From: an uncultured Acidobacteriota bacterium
GTDB lineage: Bacteria; Actinomycetota; Acidimicrobiia; Spongiisociales; ZC4RG35
Length of the DNA: 64,000 nucleotides
Reading direction: 5' to 3'
Assembly (NCBI GenBank): GCA_963828465.1
Contig: CAWHEU010000027.1
Coordinates: 1 to 64,000 of the forward strand
In this document: piece after piece, positions 8,769 to 18,590 of the stretch
Layout: each line of letters opens with the position of its first letter
Position numbering within the stretch: position 1 is the stretch's first letter
Notes under the pieces: model-generated
What the model was told of the DNA's origin: nothing
The model's input: the letters and a program-made list of their open reading frames with translations, nothing else
Databases searched by the model: none
Translations under genes and position numbers: made by a program

Positions 8769-9848
8769 TCATCCGTGGGACCTGGGGAAGACAATCCCGT
8801 CCATCAGCTTGCGAGCGGTCCGGATTATTCCGGCGCCGAGGACGCTGGGCTCGGGTCCGGAGTCGAGTCGCACAGTGGCATCGAAGGTCCCTGTCGGATG
8901 CTCGATCCGAATGACATCGGAGCCGGTCTGGAGACGGGCCGAGATGGCGGCGGGCGACCCGGGGAAGTGGCAGGCGGTGGCAACGCTGACCGCCCCGAGC
9001 ACGCCTATCGCCTGATGGCACCGATGCGGGATGAAGGTTCTCGTGGAGATGGCTCCTCCCGCCCGTGGTGGGGACACCAGAGTCAGCTTGGGCACAGTGG
9101 CCTGGCTCACATCACCGAGGTTCATCAGCGGCCCGGCAACCAGGCGGATCTCCTCGAGCTTCTGGCGGAGATCGGCATTGCCCTCCAACTCCTCGCAGGT
9201 CTCATCGCCCGCGACCCCGACATCTGAGCCCCGCAGCACGACCACCGGCATCCCGTTGTCGATCAGAGTGACTTCGACACCCCCCACCTCGTCCACGGAC
9301 CGACCCGTTGGGAGAAGGGCTCCCGTGCTGGAGCCGGCGATGCCCTCGAATTCGATGACGATCTCCGCCGCACCGCCAGGAACCCCGGCGATCTCGGTCT
9401 CACCCGCATAGACAGGCTTTCCCCCTGCCACGGGAAATGTGGCCACCGCCACTCCCCCGGTGTTGTTCATCAGGATCCGCACCGGGGCCCGGCCATCGGA
9501 CAGGGTCAACAATCCTCGTTCCAGGGCGAAAGGGCCGACCGCAGCCAGCATGTTCCCGCAATTCTGTTTGTCGGTGATCTCGGGGCGGTCTACCGACACC
9601 TGGAGGAAGAGATACTCGATGTCGATGTCGTCCCGCCCGGAAGGACCAACCACCGCGACCTTGGTGGTGAGCGGATGGGCCCCACCTACGCCATCGATCT
9701 GCCTCGGGTCCGGCGAGCCCATGATCCGGAGCAGCAACGCGTCGCGGTCGGCTTCATTGGATGGGAGATCGTCGGCCAGGAAGAACGCCCCTTTCGACGT
9801 GCCGCCGCGCATCAACATGCAAGGAATGCCGGGAGGGTCGGAGCTCAT
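8769..9848 (-). CDS. galD: 4-oxalomesaconate tautomerase (PrpF/AcnD-accessory family)
   Basis: IPCMLMRGGTSKGAFF, MGSPDPRQIDGVGGAHPLTTKVAVV, NCGNMLAAVGPFA, TRTFIPHRCH, IEHPTG, IIRTARKLMDG. Confidence 0.9.
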   Translation of the reverse strand: MSSDPPGIPCMLMRGGTSKGAFFLADDLPSNEADRDALLLRIMGSPDPRQIDGVGGAHPLTTKVAVVGPSGRDDIDIEYLFLQVSVDRPEITDKQNCGNMLAAVGPFALERGLLTLSDGRAPVRILMNNTGGVAVATFPVAGGKPVYAGETEIAGVPGGAAEIVIEFEGIAGSSTGALLPTGRSVDEVGGVEVTLIDNGMPVVVLRGSDVGVAGDETCEELEGNADLRQKLEEIRLVAGPLMNLGDVSQATVPKLTLVSPPRAGGAISTRTFIPHRCHQAIGVLGAVSVATACHFPGSPAAISARLQTGSDVIRIEHPTGTFDATVRLDSGPEPSVLGAGIIRTARKLMDGIVFPRSHG

Positions 9849-9908
9849 GGGTCGAAGTTGCCTCGAATGCGAAGTTAGCCGTCGGGAGTCGCAGATAGGG
9901 TTGCCGTG

Positions 9909-10637
9909 ATGACTCCGGAGTCGCTTCTGGTGATCAGCGCCCACGTCGGGGACTTCGTGTGGCGTGCTGGTGGTGCGATCGCCCTCTACGCGAACCGCGG
10001 GCACGACGTCACCGTCGTATGTCTCGCCTATGGGGAGCGCGGGGAGTCTGCTCGATATTGGCGCCAGGGCATGGACCTGGCACAGGTCAAGGAAGCGCGC
10101 CATGCCGAGGCGGAGGCCGCGGCCAAGGTCCTCGGCGCCGACCTACGCGCCTTCGATGCTGACGACTACCCCCTGGTCGAGACAGCCGAGCTGCTGGACC
10201 GCCTGGTGAAGGCATATCGGGAGATCCAACCCACCGTAGTTCTCACCCACAATGATCGTGACCCGTGGAATCGCGATCACGAGACGGCACACTCGATCGC
10301 CACCCAGGCCCGCATCATCGCCCAGGCGGCGGGTTACGACCCGGGCACGAACGTGATAGGAGCGCCACCGGTGTTCCTCTTCGAGCCCCATCAGACCGAG
10401 TACTCGGGCTTCAAGCCCGACGTGCTGCTGGACATAACCGAGGTTTGGGATCAGAAGCTCGAAGCGATGCGGTGCATGGAAGGTCAGGAGCACCTCTGGG
10501 ACTACTACACCGACGTCGCTACCAGACGCGGGGTGCAGGCCCAGCGCAACTCAGGCCCAAACCTCGGTCTGCTGAACGAGACCAAAGCCGAGGCCTACCA
10601 GCGGGTGTTCCCCCAGGTAGCCAGTGAGCTTGCCTGA
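9909..10637 (+). CDS. galB: PIG-L family 4-oxalomesaconate hydratase
   Basis: LVISAHVGDFVWRAGGAIA, GERGESA, FLFEPHQTE, QEHLWDYY. Flanked by galD and galC homologues. Confidence 0.85.
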   Translation: MTPESLLVISAHVGDFVWRAGGAIALYANRGHDVTVVCLAYGERGESARYWRQGMDLAQVKEARHAEAEAAAKVLGADLRAFDADDYPLVETAELLDRLVKAYREIQPTVVLTHNDRDPWNRDHETAHSIATQARIIAQAAGYDPGTNVIGAPPVFLFEPHQTEYSGFKPDVLLDITEVWDQKLEAMRCMEGQEHLWDYYTDVATRRGVQAQRNSGPNLGLLNETKAEAYQRVFPQVASELA

Positions 10638-11325
10638 GATGCGAGATGGGATCGTGGTGCGAAGTGTGCCCCGGGTCGCCGCCGACATCGTGGCCGGATT
10701 GGGCTCTGCCGGGGTGGCCACAGTTCACGAGGCAGGTGCGAGCGGGCTCCTCGATCCGGGGATCAGGCCCATTCAGGAGGGGACGCGCATTGCCGGCTCT
10801 GCCGTGACGGTCTCGTGCGCCCCGGGGGACAACATCATGATTCACGCCGCGGTCGAGGTCATCGAACCGGGGGACATCCTCGTGGTGGCAACGACCGCAC
10901 CCTCGACGAACGGGATGTTCGGTGAGTTGCTCGCCACGTCGGTGATGGCCAGAGGGTGTGCAGGCGTGGTCGTCGATGCCGGTGTTCGTGACGTGTCAGA
11001 TCTCCGGGAGATGGGTCTCCCCGTCTGGTCACGAGCGATCCACGCCTCGGGGACCGTGAAAGCCACGCCGGGATCGGTGAACGTGCCGATCGCATGCGGC
11101 AGTGCCATCGTCGGCCCCGGCGATGTCGTGGTGGCCGACGACGACGGGGTGGTGATCGTGGAACGAGAGCGCGCTGCCGAGGTCCTGGAAGCGGCCCGCA
11201 AGCGTCTGGAGCGGGAGACGGAAGTCAGGGCCCGTCTTGCCGCCGGCGAGCTCGGTGTCGACTTCTACGGTTTCAGAGAGCGACTCGAGGGCTTGGGAGT
11301 GCGCTGGATCGACGCTCCCGAGTAG
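10624..11325 (+). CDS. galC: 4-carboxy-4-hydroxy-2-oxoadipate aldolase / oxaloacetate decarboxylase (RraA-like, GalC/LigK)
   Basis: GVATVHEA, IAGSAVTV..PGDNIMIHAAVE, GMFGELLATS, DAGVRDV, GTVKATPGSVNVP, PGDVVVADDDGVV. Confidence 0.9.
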   Translation: MSLPEMRDGIVVRSVPRVAADIVAGLGSAGVATVHEAGASGLLDPGIRPIQEGTRIAGSAVTVSCAPGDNIMIHAAVEVIEPGDILVVATTAPSTNGMFGELLATSVMARGCAGVVVDAGVRDVSDLREMGLPVWSRAIHASGTVKATPGSVNVPIACGSAIVGPGDVVVADDDGVVIVERERAAEVLEAARKRLERETEVRARLAAGELGVDFYGFRERLEGLGVRWIDAPE

Positions 11326-11329
11326 CCAT

Positions 11330-12866
11330 TCACACAGCTTTCTCGCGCAGCCTGAACCGTTGGATCTTTCCCGTCGCCGTCCGCGGGAAGTCCTCGACAT
11401 ATTCGATGACATGGGGGAACTGGTAGCGCTGCAGCTCGTCCTTGCACCACGCTTGTAGCTCGGCGTCGAGGTCACCGCCGGCATCGACACCTTCGGCGAG
11501 GATCACTACGGCCTTTATCCGGGACATGTGCTCGATGTCGACCGCCACCACCGCCGCTTCCCGCACCGAAGGGTGCTCCATCAGCCGGTTCTCGATCTCG
11601 ATCGGGCTCACCCACAGCCCGCCGACCTTCATCATGTCGTCGACCCGTCCCTCGTACCAGAAATAGTCGTCGTCGTCCTGCCGATACCTGTCACCTGTGA
11701 GAAACCAGTCACCGCGGATCTTGTCCCGGCTTCGCTGGTACTGGTGCCAGTAGGTGGTGAGGGCGCTCGGCCCCCGAACCCACATCTCGCCCGCCTCTCC
11801 TACCGGGCACAGAGCGCCCTCCGGGTCACGGACTTCCATCTCATATCCGTCGACCGGCGTGCCCGACGTGCCCGGCCTCACCGCCCCGGCCCGGTTGGAG
11901 CAATAGATGTGAAGCATCTCGGTCGAGCCCACGCCGTCGAGGATCTCGATCCCGGTGCGATCGTGGAAGCGCCGCCATATCTCGGGGGGAAGCGGCTCGG
12001 CTGCCGAGATGCCGAGACGGACGGAGGACCAATCGGTCTCGCCGAATTCGGGGTGGGCGAGGATGGCGTTGTAGAGGGCCGGCACCGAGAAGTAGAGCGA
12101 AGGTCGATGAGTGCGAACCCGCTCCAGGAGACGATCCGGCGTGGGTCGACCGGTCGGAGTAAACGGAGGTGGCTCCCGCCCACATCGGGAAGGTGAGGTT
12201 GTTTCCCAATCCGTAGGCGTGAAACATCTTGGTGCTCGAGAACACCACATCGCCCGGCCCGATCCCGAGTACCGGACCGGCGTAGTTGGTGCAGGTGGCC
12301 GCCACGTCGGCGTGCCGGTGGACAACGCCTTTTGGCCTCCCGGTCGATCCCGAGCTGTAAAGCCAAAAAGCCATGTCGTCGGGATGCGTAGGCACCGGAT
12401 CGACTTCATCCGCCGCATCCTCGAGCCAGGTGTCGAAAGACCCGGCGCCGTCCGGCGCATCGCCATTGGCCACGACCAAACGAACCGATGATCGTGCCGT
12501 CACCTGGGGCTCCACCACGTCGAGAAACCCGGCGTCGACGATGGCTATCGACGCGTAAGAATCATCGAGGAAATATCCGAAGTCGTCGGGCCGCGCCAGG
12601 AAGTTGACCGGAACCGGCACCGCCCCGATCCGCATCGCCCCGAGAAAGGCGGCCGGAAAGGCGGGGGTGTCGTCGAGGACCAGCAAGACCCGGTCCTCCC
12701 TTCCGATCCCCGTGTCCCGAAGTCGCGCGGCGATGACAGCCACCGCCCGGTGGAGACGTCCGGCCGACCAGGCGACGTCATCGGCAGTGACCAGGATGGT
12801 GTCGTCCTCCCGGCCCTCCTCCATCCACCCATCGACCAGGGTGCTGATGTTTGCGTTCGTCTGCAT
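11330..12866 (-). CDS. Benzoate-CoA ligase family protein; frameshift near 12160
   Basis: AFWLYSSGSTGRPKGVVH and KMFHAYGLGN in ORF 11841..12905. ILDGVGSTEMLHIYCSN, GRVDDMMKVGGLWVSPIEIE and PRTATGKIQRFRLR in ORF 11330..12466. Confidence 0.9.
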
Positions 12867-12903
12867 GTCGCGTGCCACTCCCGACCGGGCGAGACTATCG
12901 GTC

Positions 12904-13692
12904 ATGCCCGATGCAGGTGCCCCCTTTGAGAGCAGCTTTTCCTGGACCGGGGAGTCGTTCGAATACCGGATCTACCCGCCTGACGGCAGAAACCCGCTGA
13001 TCTTCCTCCACGACGGACTGGGGAGCATCGGCACATGGAAGGATCTGCCGCGGGATGTGGCCGCGGCCACGGAGCGCCCGGGAATCGTGTACAGCCGGCC
13101 CGGGCATGGTTGGTCGGAACCGCTCAGAAAGCCCCGGACGACGAAGTTCATGCACCACGAGGCGTTGTCGACTCTCTTCTACTTCATCCGCGAACTGGAG
13201 GGCTCCAATCTGGTGCTCATCGGTCACTCCGATGGAGCCTCCATCTCATTGATCTTCAGCGGCCAGTACCAATGGGCCTCAGGTCTGGTGCTGATCGCCC
13301 CACACGTCTTCGTGGAGCCGGAGACGATCGCCGGGATCGAAGAGACTGTGAGACGGTTCGAGACCACGGACCTGCCCCAACGGATGGCCAAGTACCACCG
13401 GGACCCGGAGGCGACTTTCAAGGCGTGGAGCGAGATCTGGCTCGACCCGAACTTCCGCGACTGGAACATCGAAGGCTCTCTGCCGAAGGTTCACTGCCCC
13501 GTACTGCTCATCCAGTCTCTCGACGACGAGTACGGGACCTTGGCCCAGCTGGATGCGATCGAGCGAGGGGTTAGGGGGCCCGTCGAGCGGCTCGTGCTCC
13601 CTGACGGTGGTCACGCCCCACATCTCGCCCACCGCGAAAAGGTGACCGACGCAATCATCCAGTTTGTGAAGCGCTTAGGTCCAGGCTTCTGA
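12904..13692 (+). CDS. Alpha/beta hydrolase of the type commonly adjacent to benzoate-CoA ligase/box genes
   Basis: LIFLHDGLGS, intact nucleophile elbow GHSDG, acid DEYG, and His in GGHAPH. Confidence 0.8.
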   Translation: MPDAGAPFESSFSWTGESFEYRIYPPDGRNPLIFLHDGLGSIGTWKDLPRDVAAATERPGIVYSRPGHGWSEPLRKPRTTKFMHHEALSTLFYFIRELEGSNLVLIGHSDGASISLIFSGQYQWASGLVLIAPHVFVEPETIAGIEETVRRFETTDLPQRMAKYHRDPEATFKAWSEIWLDPNFRDWNIEGSLPKVHCPVLLIQSLDDEYGTLAQLDAIERGVRGPVERLVLPDGGHAPHLAHREKVTDAIIQFVKRLGPGF

Positions 13693-15738
13693 GGAACTGG
13701 GCGTTGATGGCGACCACGATGGTGGAGACACTCATCAAGATGGCCGATGCGGCCGGACCCAGGACGATGCCGGCCCAGGCCAGGGCACCGGCGGCCAGAG
13801 GTATCGCCGCCACGTTGTACCCGGCGGCCCAGACCAGGTTCTGCAGCATCTTCCGATAGCCCGCCGAAGATAGGCGCCGGATGGCGACAACCGCCCTCGG
13901 ATCGTCCGAGGCGAGCACGATCCCGGCCGATTCGATGGCGACGTCGGTACCCGCACCGATGGCGATGCCGACATCTGCCTGAGCCAGGGCCGGGGCGTCG
14001 TTGACCCCGTCGCCAACCATTGCCACCGTCAAACCCCGATCCTGAAGCTCCGCCACCTTGGAATGCTTTTCCTCGGGCAGGACCTCCGCCAGGACCTCGT
14101 CGATGCCCAGCTCGGCCGCAACGGAGGCAGCGACTTGGTGGGCGTCACCGGTGATCATCCCCACACGGACCCCAAGTTGATGCAGTTGGTCTACCGCCTG
14201 GCGTGACTCGGGTCGTATCTCATCCTCCAACGAGATCGCCCCCGTCACCTCGTTGTCGCGGATGACGTAGAGCACCGCAGCGCCCCTCTCCTCCCAGCCG
14301 GAGACTGTCTTCTCGAGATCGGGCGACAGCTCGAGCCCTCTCTCCCTCAGCAGAGTCGGGCCGCCCACCGCCACCGAAGCGCCATCCACCGTCGCCTCCA
14401 CTCCCCGCCCACTCATGGAGCGAAACCCGGTGGCAGCGGTTACCGGGCCACGTGCGGCGGCGGCGGCAACGATCGCCCTGGCCAGGGGATGTTCCGAGTC
14501 GGCTTCCACCGCCGCTGCCAAGGCCAGCACCTTCTCGGCGTCCCCATCGATGGCGGCCACGTCAACCACAACGTGGCTGCCCCGGGTCAGTGTCCCGGTC
14601 TTGTCGAAGAGCACGACGTCGACCGTTCGCATGCGCTCGAGTGCCAGACGATCCTTCACCAGGATCCCGTTGCGGGCGGCCAACCCGGTGGAGATGGAGA
14701 TGACCAGGGGGATAGCGAGCCCGAGGGCGTGGGGGCAGGCGATCACGAGGACCGAGACGGTGCGGGTGACCGCGTCCTCGGGTTGCCCGAGGGCCCACCA
14801 GACGATGGCGGTGATCGCAGCCGCCCCAACCGCCACGTAGAAGAGCAGTGCCGCTGCCCGGTCGGCCAGGACCTGGGCCCGAGAGCGGGACAGCTGTGCC
14901 TCTGCCACGAGTCTCTGGATCCCGGCCAGGGCGGTGTCGTCACCGACGGCAGTCACCTCGACCCGGATCGCCGAGTCTGTGGCGACGGTTCCAGCGACCA
15001 CATTGTCGCCGATTCCCTTGGGCACTGGCTTCGACTCGCCGGTCACCATCGACTCGTCCATCTCGGCGCCACCGGTTGTGATCACACCGTCGGCCGGGAC
15101 CCGTGCACCCGGGCGGACCAATACGAGGTCACCGACGGCGAGCGAGGCGATCGGGACGGTTTCGGGCTCACCGTCGATGATCCGCTCCGCCTCGTCGGGA
15201 AGCAGCTCGGCCAAAGCAGCGAGGGCGCCACGTGCCTGGCCGATCGCTCTCATCTCCATCCAGTGGCCGAGGAGCATGATCGTGATCAAGGCGGCCAGCT
15301 CCCACCAGAAGTCGAGATCGAACCAGCCGATAGTCGTCGCCAGCGAGGCCAGATAGGCGACCGTTATCGCCATGCCGATGAGCAACATCATCCCCGGCTG
15401 CCGGTCCCGCACCTCCTGGACCGCGCCGCGCAGGAAGGGCATCCCGCCGTAGATGAAGATCACGGTGCCGAGCACAGGGGCGACCCACTCCGAGCCGGGA
15501 AATGCGGGAGCCGTGTACCCGAACCACTCCTGGATCATCGGGCTGTAGAAGACGATGGGGATGGTCAGGGCGAGGGACAGCCAAAAACGGTCCCGGAACA
15601 TGGCCACGCTGTGCCCGGCGTGTTTGTCATGACCGGCATGCTGTCATGGCCAGCTGATATGCAGTGCTGCTGGTGACCGGCATGCTGATCATGACCAGCG
15701 TGAGTGCTGGTGATCGGCGTGGTGCTGGTGCTGAGTTA
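13655..15738 (-). CDS. copB: Copper-translocating P1B-type ATPase (CPH-motif, CopB-like) with His-rich N-terminal repeats; N-terminus disrupted by apparent indels
   Basis: PGMMLLI, TGES, IACPHALGLA, FDKTGTLT, SEHPLA, MVGDGVNDAPALA, YN and MSVST motifs. 15608-15738 encodes repeated HAGHD(Q/K)-like units leading into HAGHSVAMFRDRFW. Confidence 0.88.
15608..15735 (-). repeat. Imperfect ~18-nt tandem repeats encoding a His-rich metal-binding tail
   Basis: Minus-strand units such as CACGCTGGTCATGATCAG, CATGCCGGTCACCAGCAG, CATGCCGGTCATGACAAA and CACGCCGGGCAC. Confidence 0.7.
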
Positions 15739-16020
15739 TGACCTCACCAATCGTTCGATCGCCCGGGTGGCCTCGGCAATCATCCTGTCGGCGGAGGCGG
15801 CGTCGCCGGCCACGGACGCCTCCTTGACGCAATGACGGACGTGCTCGTCGAGCAGCCCGACAGCCACGGCGCGCAATGCCGAAGAGGCGGCATTGACCTG
15901 GGTGAGGACGTCGATGCAGTACGTGTCATCGGAGATCATTCGCTGCAACCCTCTCACCTGGCCCTCGATCCTGGCGAGACGATTCAGGTACTCGTCCTTG
16001 TTCAGCGTGTAACCGCGCAT
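15736..16020 (-). CDS. csoR: Copper-sensing transcriptional repressor CsoR
   Basis: RLARIEGQVRGLQRMI..DTYCIDVLTQV...LLDEHVRHCV, with the Cys/His/Cys Cu(I) ligands present. Confidence 0.92.
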   Translation of the reverse strand: MRGYTLNKDEYLNRLARIEGQVRGLQRMISDDTYCIDVLTQVNAASSALRAVAVGLLDEHVRHCVKEASVAGDAASADRMIAEATRAIERLVRS

Positions 16021-16033
16021 CGGAGCCTCCTGA

Positions 16034-16050
16034 ATACCTTAGGGGGGTAT
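16034..16050. promoter_or_regulatory. CsoR operator
   Basis: ATACCTTAGGGGGGTAT: ATACC/GGTAT inverted arms around a G-tract, the known CsoR operator architecture, just upstream of csoR. Confidence 0.8.
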
Positions 16051-16088
16051 GGTACCAGGGCGGGAAGGCCCACGCCTACCCCGGCTTC

Positions 16089-16415
16089 TCAGTCCAGGTG
16101 AAACACCTCGACGAGCTCTTCCATCATGGTGTCCGCCGCCTCACCCGTTCCCTCGAAGAATGGCGCCATCTCGGCCTGCCAGCGCTCATTGACCTCCTCG
16201 CGTGACATGCCTTCGAGAGCGGCCGCGAATGAATCGGGGGTCTCGAAGTATCCAAAGAGGGTTCCGTCCGAGCGCATGAAGAGGGTGTAGTTGTGCCATC
16301 CGGTGCGGCTCAATGCATCGAGCATCTCCGGCCAGACCTCCTCGTGCCGTCGTCTGTACTCCGGGATCAGCTCCGGTTTGACCTTGAGCACGAATCCGAT
16401 TCTCCGCACGACCAC
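16089..16415 (-). CDS. rhaM: L-rhamnose mutarotase
   Basis: EYRRRHEEVWPEMLDAL...HNYTLF...NERWQAEM...EVFHLD. Confidence 0.9.
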   Translation of the reverse strand: MVVRRIGFVLKVKPELIPEYRRRHEEVWPEMLDALSRTGWHNYTLFMRSDGTLFGYFETPDSFAAALEGMSREEVNERWQAEMAPFFEGTGEAADTMMEELVEVFHLD

Positions 16416-16418
16416 CCC

Positions 16419-17177
16419 CTAGGCGAGGCTCACCACTTCCCGGTAGGACGTGAGCCTTTCGTCCTCAGGGTCGAGATCCGTCACGAGCAGGTCTATGTCG
16501 ATCAGATCGAACATCCTCGCCTGGGCCCTGGTCTCCAGCTTGCTGTGATCCACGGCGAGAATGATTCGGCTGCTGGTGGCGGCAAAAGCCCGCTTCACCT
16601 CTGATTCGGCCAGGCTGGCCTCCGAAGAGCCGACCTCATGGTCGAGTGCGGCCGCCGAGCAGACGAACACGTCATAGAGGAAGCCCTGAGCCGCTCGGGC
16701 GGCTATCGGGCCGACGAGGCTCCCCGTGCGCGGCTCCTGTGTGCCGCCGGTGAGGGAGGCGGTGATGCCCGGCTTGCCCACAGCCGCATGGAAGGTGTCG
16801 AGGCCGTTGGTCACGATGACCAGATCGCGGGCCATCTCCAAGGAGGCGGCGAGACGATGAACCGTGGTCGAGGCATCGAAGGCGACCGTCCCCACCGCCG
16901 GGATCAGATCGATGAGCTTCTCGGCGATCCGGCCCTTGGCCCGGGCGTTGTGCCGATGGCGCTGTGCGAATGGCTCCGGGCCGAGGGCGATGGCGCCACC
17001 TCTCACCCGTCGAGCGATGCCCAGGGCCTCCAACTCATCGAGGTCGCGGCGGATCGTCATCTCGCTCACCCCGAAGTCGGCGGCCAGTTGATCGATTCGG
17101 ACCGCCCCGCGCTCTGAAATCAGGTCCTTGACCTCGCCCAGACGCTCTTCCGGGCTGTTGAACGTGCGGCGGCTCAC
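16419..17177 (-). CDS. DeoR/GlpR-family transcriptional regulator of the rhamnose cluster
   Basis: HTH FGVSEMTIRRDLDEL, RRVRGGA, DASTT, VTNGL, VDHSKL. Confidence 0.88.
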   Translation of the reverse strand: MSRRTFNSPEERLGEVKDLISERGAVRIDQLAADFGVSEMTIRRDLDELEALGIARRVRGGAIALGPEPFAQRHRHNARAKGRIAEKLIDLIPAVGTVAFDASTTVHRLAASLEMARDLVIVTNGLDTFHAAVGKPGITASLTGGTQEPRTGSLVGPIAARAAQGFLYDVFVCSAAALDHEVGSSEASLAESEVKRAFAATSSRIILAVDHSKLETRAQARMFDLIDIDLLVTDLDPEDERLTSYREVVSLA

Positions 17178-18590
17178 TCCGCCTCCCCATCGCGATTCCG
17201 ACCTGAATTCAAGCCGCCGGAAACGTTCCCCGCCCGCACCGGATCTGTGACGTCACCCGCTCCCAGCCACTGGCGAGCCTGCTCGAGACCTTCGAACGCT
17301 CCGATGGCCAGACCCTGGACGATGGCATTGCCCAAGGCGGTGGCCTCCTGCGAGCCCCTGACCACCGGGAGCCCGGTTCGCCGGCTCAAGAGCTCGTGGA
17401 GCAGTGGCACCCGCGCCCCGCCACCGACCACCGCGATCCGGGCCGGGTCTTCACCGGTGATCTCCGTCAACTCCTCGACGACAGCGCCGATGCCGCCGAC
17501 GATCGACTCGATGACACTTCTCGCGATGACACTGCGGGGTGTGCCGGGTGGCAGGTCGGCTGCTTCCTGCACTTCGCGCAACATGTCGGCCGGGCTGACG
17601 AATCGATGATCCCCGGCATCGAAGGTCGGGACCGGTCCTTCCAGAGACGCCGCCTCCTCGAGCAGCATCCCGATGGGAGGCCCGCCCCAAGCCTGGCGGC
17701 ACTGCTCCAGGATCCACAGGCCAACCACGTTCTTGAGGAATCGGATACCACCCAGGGCCCCGGCTTCGTTGGAGAAGTTGGCCTCCCGTGCCCGCGAAGA
17801 CGTGTCCGGACCGGGGCGTTCCATCCCCACCAGGACCCAGGTCCCGGCCGAGACGAAGACGGTTCCTGGACTGGTCCCACCGGGCATCCCCAGGAATGCG
17901 GACGCCGTGTCATGGCTGCCCACCAGGTGTACCGGGATCCCCCGCCATGTTCCGGCCGGGGTCCCGGCGCCGACTACAGGAGGGAATAGTGACGGGTCCA
18001 GACGACAGGTCAGCGACCAGGTCGGCGGCCCATTCTCCGGTTCGTATGTCCATGAGTGCAGTGGTCGAGACGTTGGAGCGCTCAGCCGCCACCTGCCCGG
18101 TGAGGTGATGGACGAGAAGGTCGGGAAGGAGGAGGATCCGGGAAGCTCGTGCCAGCTCGCCGGGGTCGTGCACCGCCAGCTGGAAGATCGTGTTGATCGC
18201 CATCATCTGGACTCCGGTGCGCTCGTAGAGACGCTCCAGCCCAATTCGCTCGGCCGTGGATTGCCATCCTTCGGTTCTCGAGTCCCGGTACGAGAACGGG
18301 AGATCGACAAGTCGCCCGGTCCCATCGATCAGCCCGTAGTCGATGCCCCAGCCGTCGATACCGATCGAAGCAACCTCCCCGGTGGCGAGGCCCTGCTCCA
18401 GGCCGGCCTCGACCTCCGAGACGATCCGGGGCCAGTCCCAACGCAGGGACCCGTCCGCCACCCTGATCGGAGAGTGTTCCCACCGATGGAGGATCTCTAC
18501 CGACGGCTCATCCGCCGACATGTCGACTGCGGCAACGCGGACGGAGGTGGCTCCGAGATCCACCGCCAGGACCCGGAACGGGCCGCTCAC
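17174..18590 (-). CDS. rhaB: Rhamnulokinase (FGGY family); frameshift(s) near 17930-18010
   Basis: LAVDLGATSVR, IGIDGWGIDYGL, YRDSRT, INTIFQL, ERSNVSTT. A second frame carries GSHDTASA, SAGTW, FSNEAG, FLKNVVGLWILEQC, EATALGN. Confidence 0.88.

Noticed and set aside
13655-16050. csoR-copB as a mobile metal-resistance insertion
   Set aside because: No transposase, integrase, terminal inverted repeats or obvious compositional shift was seen at its borders.
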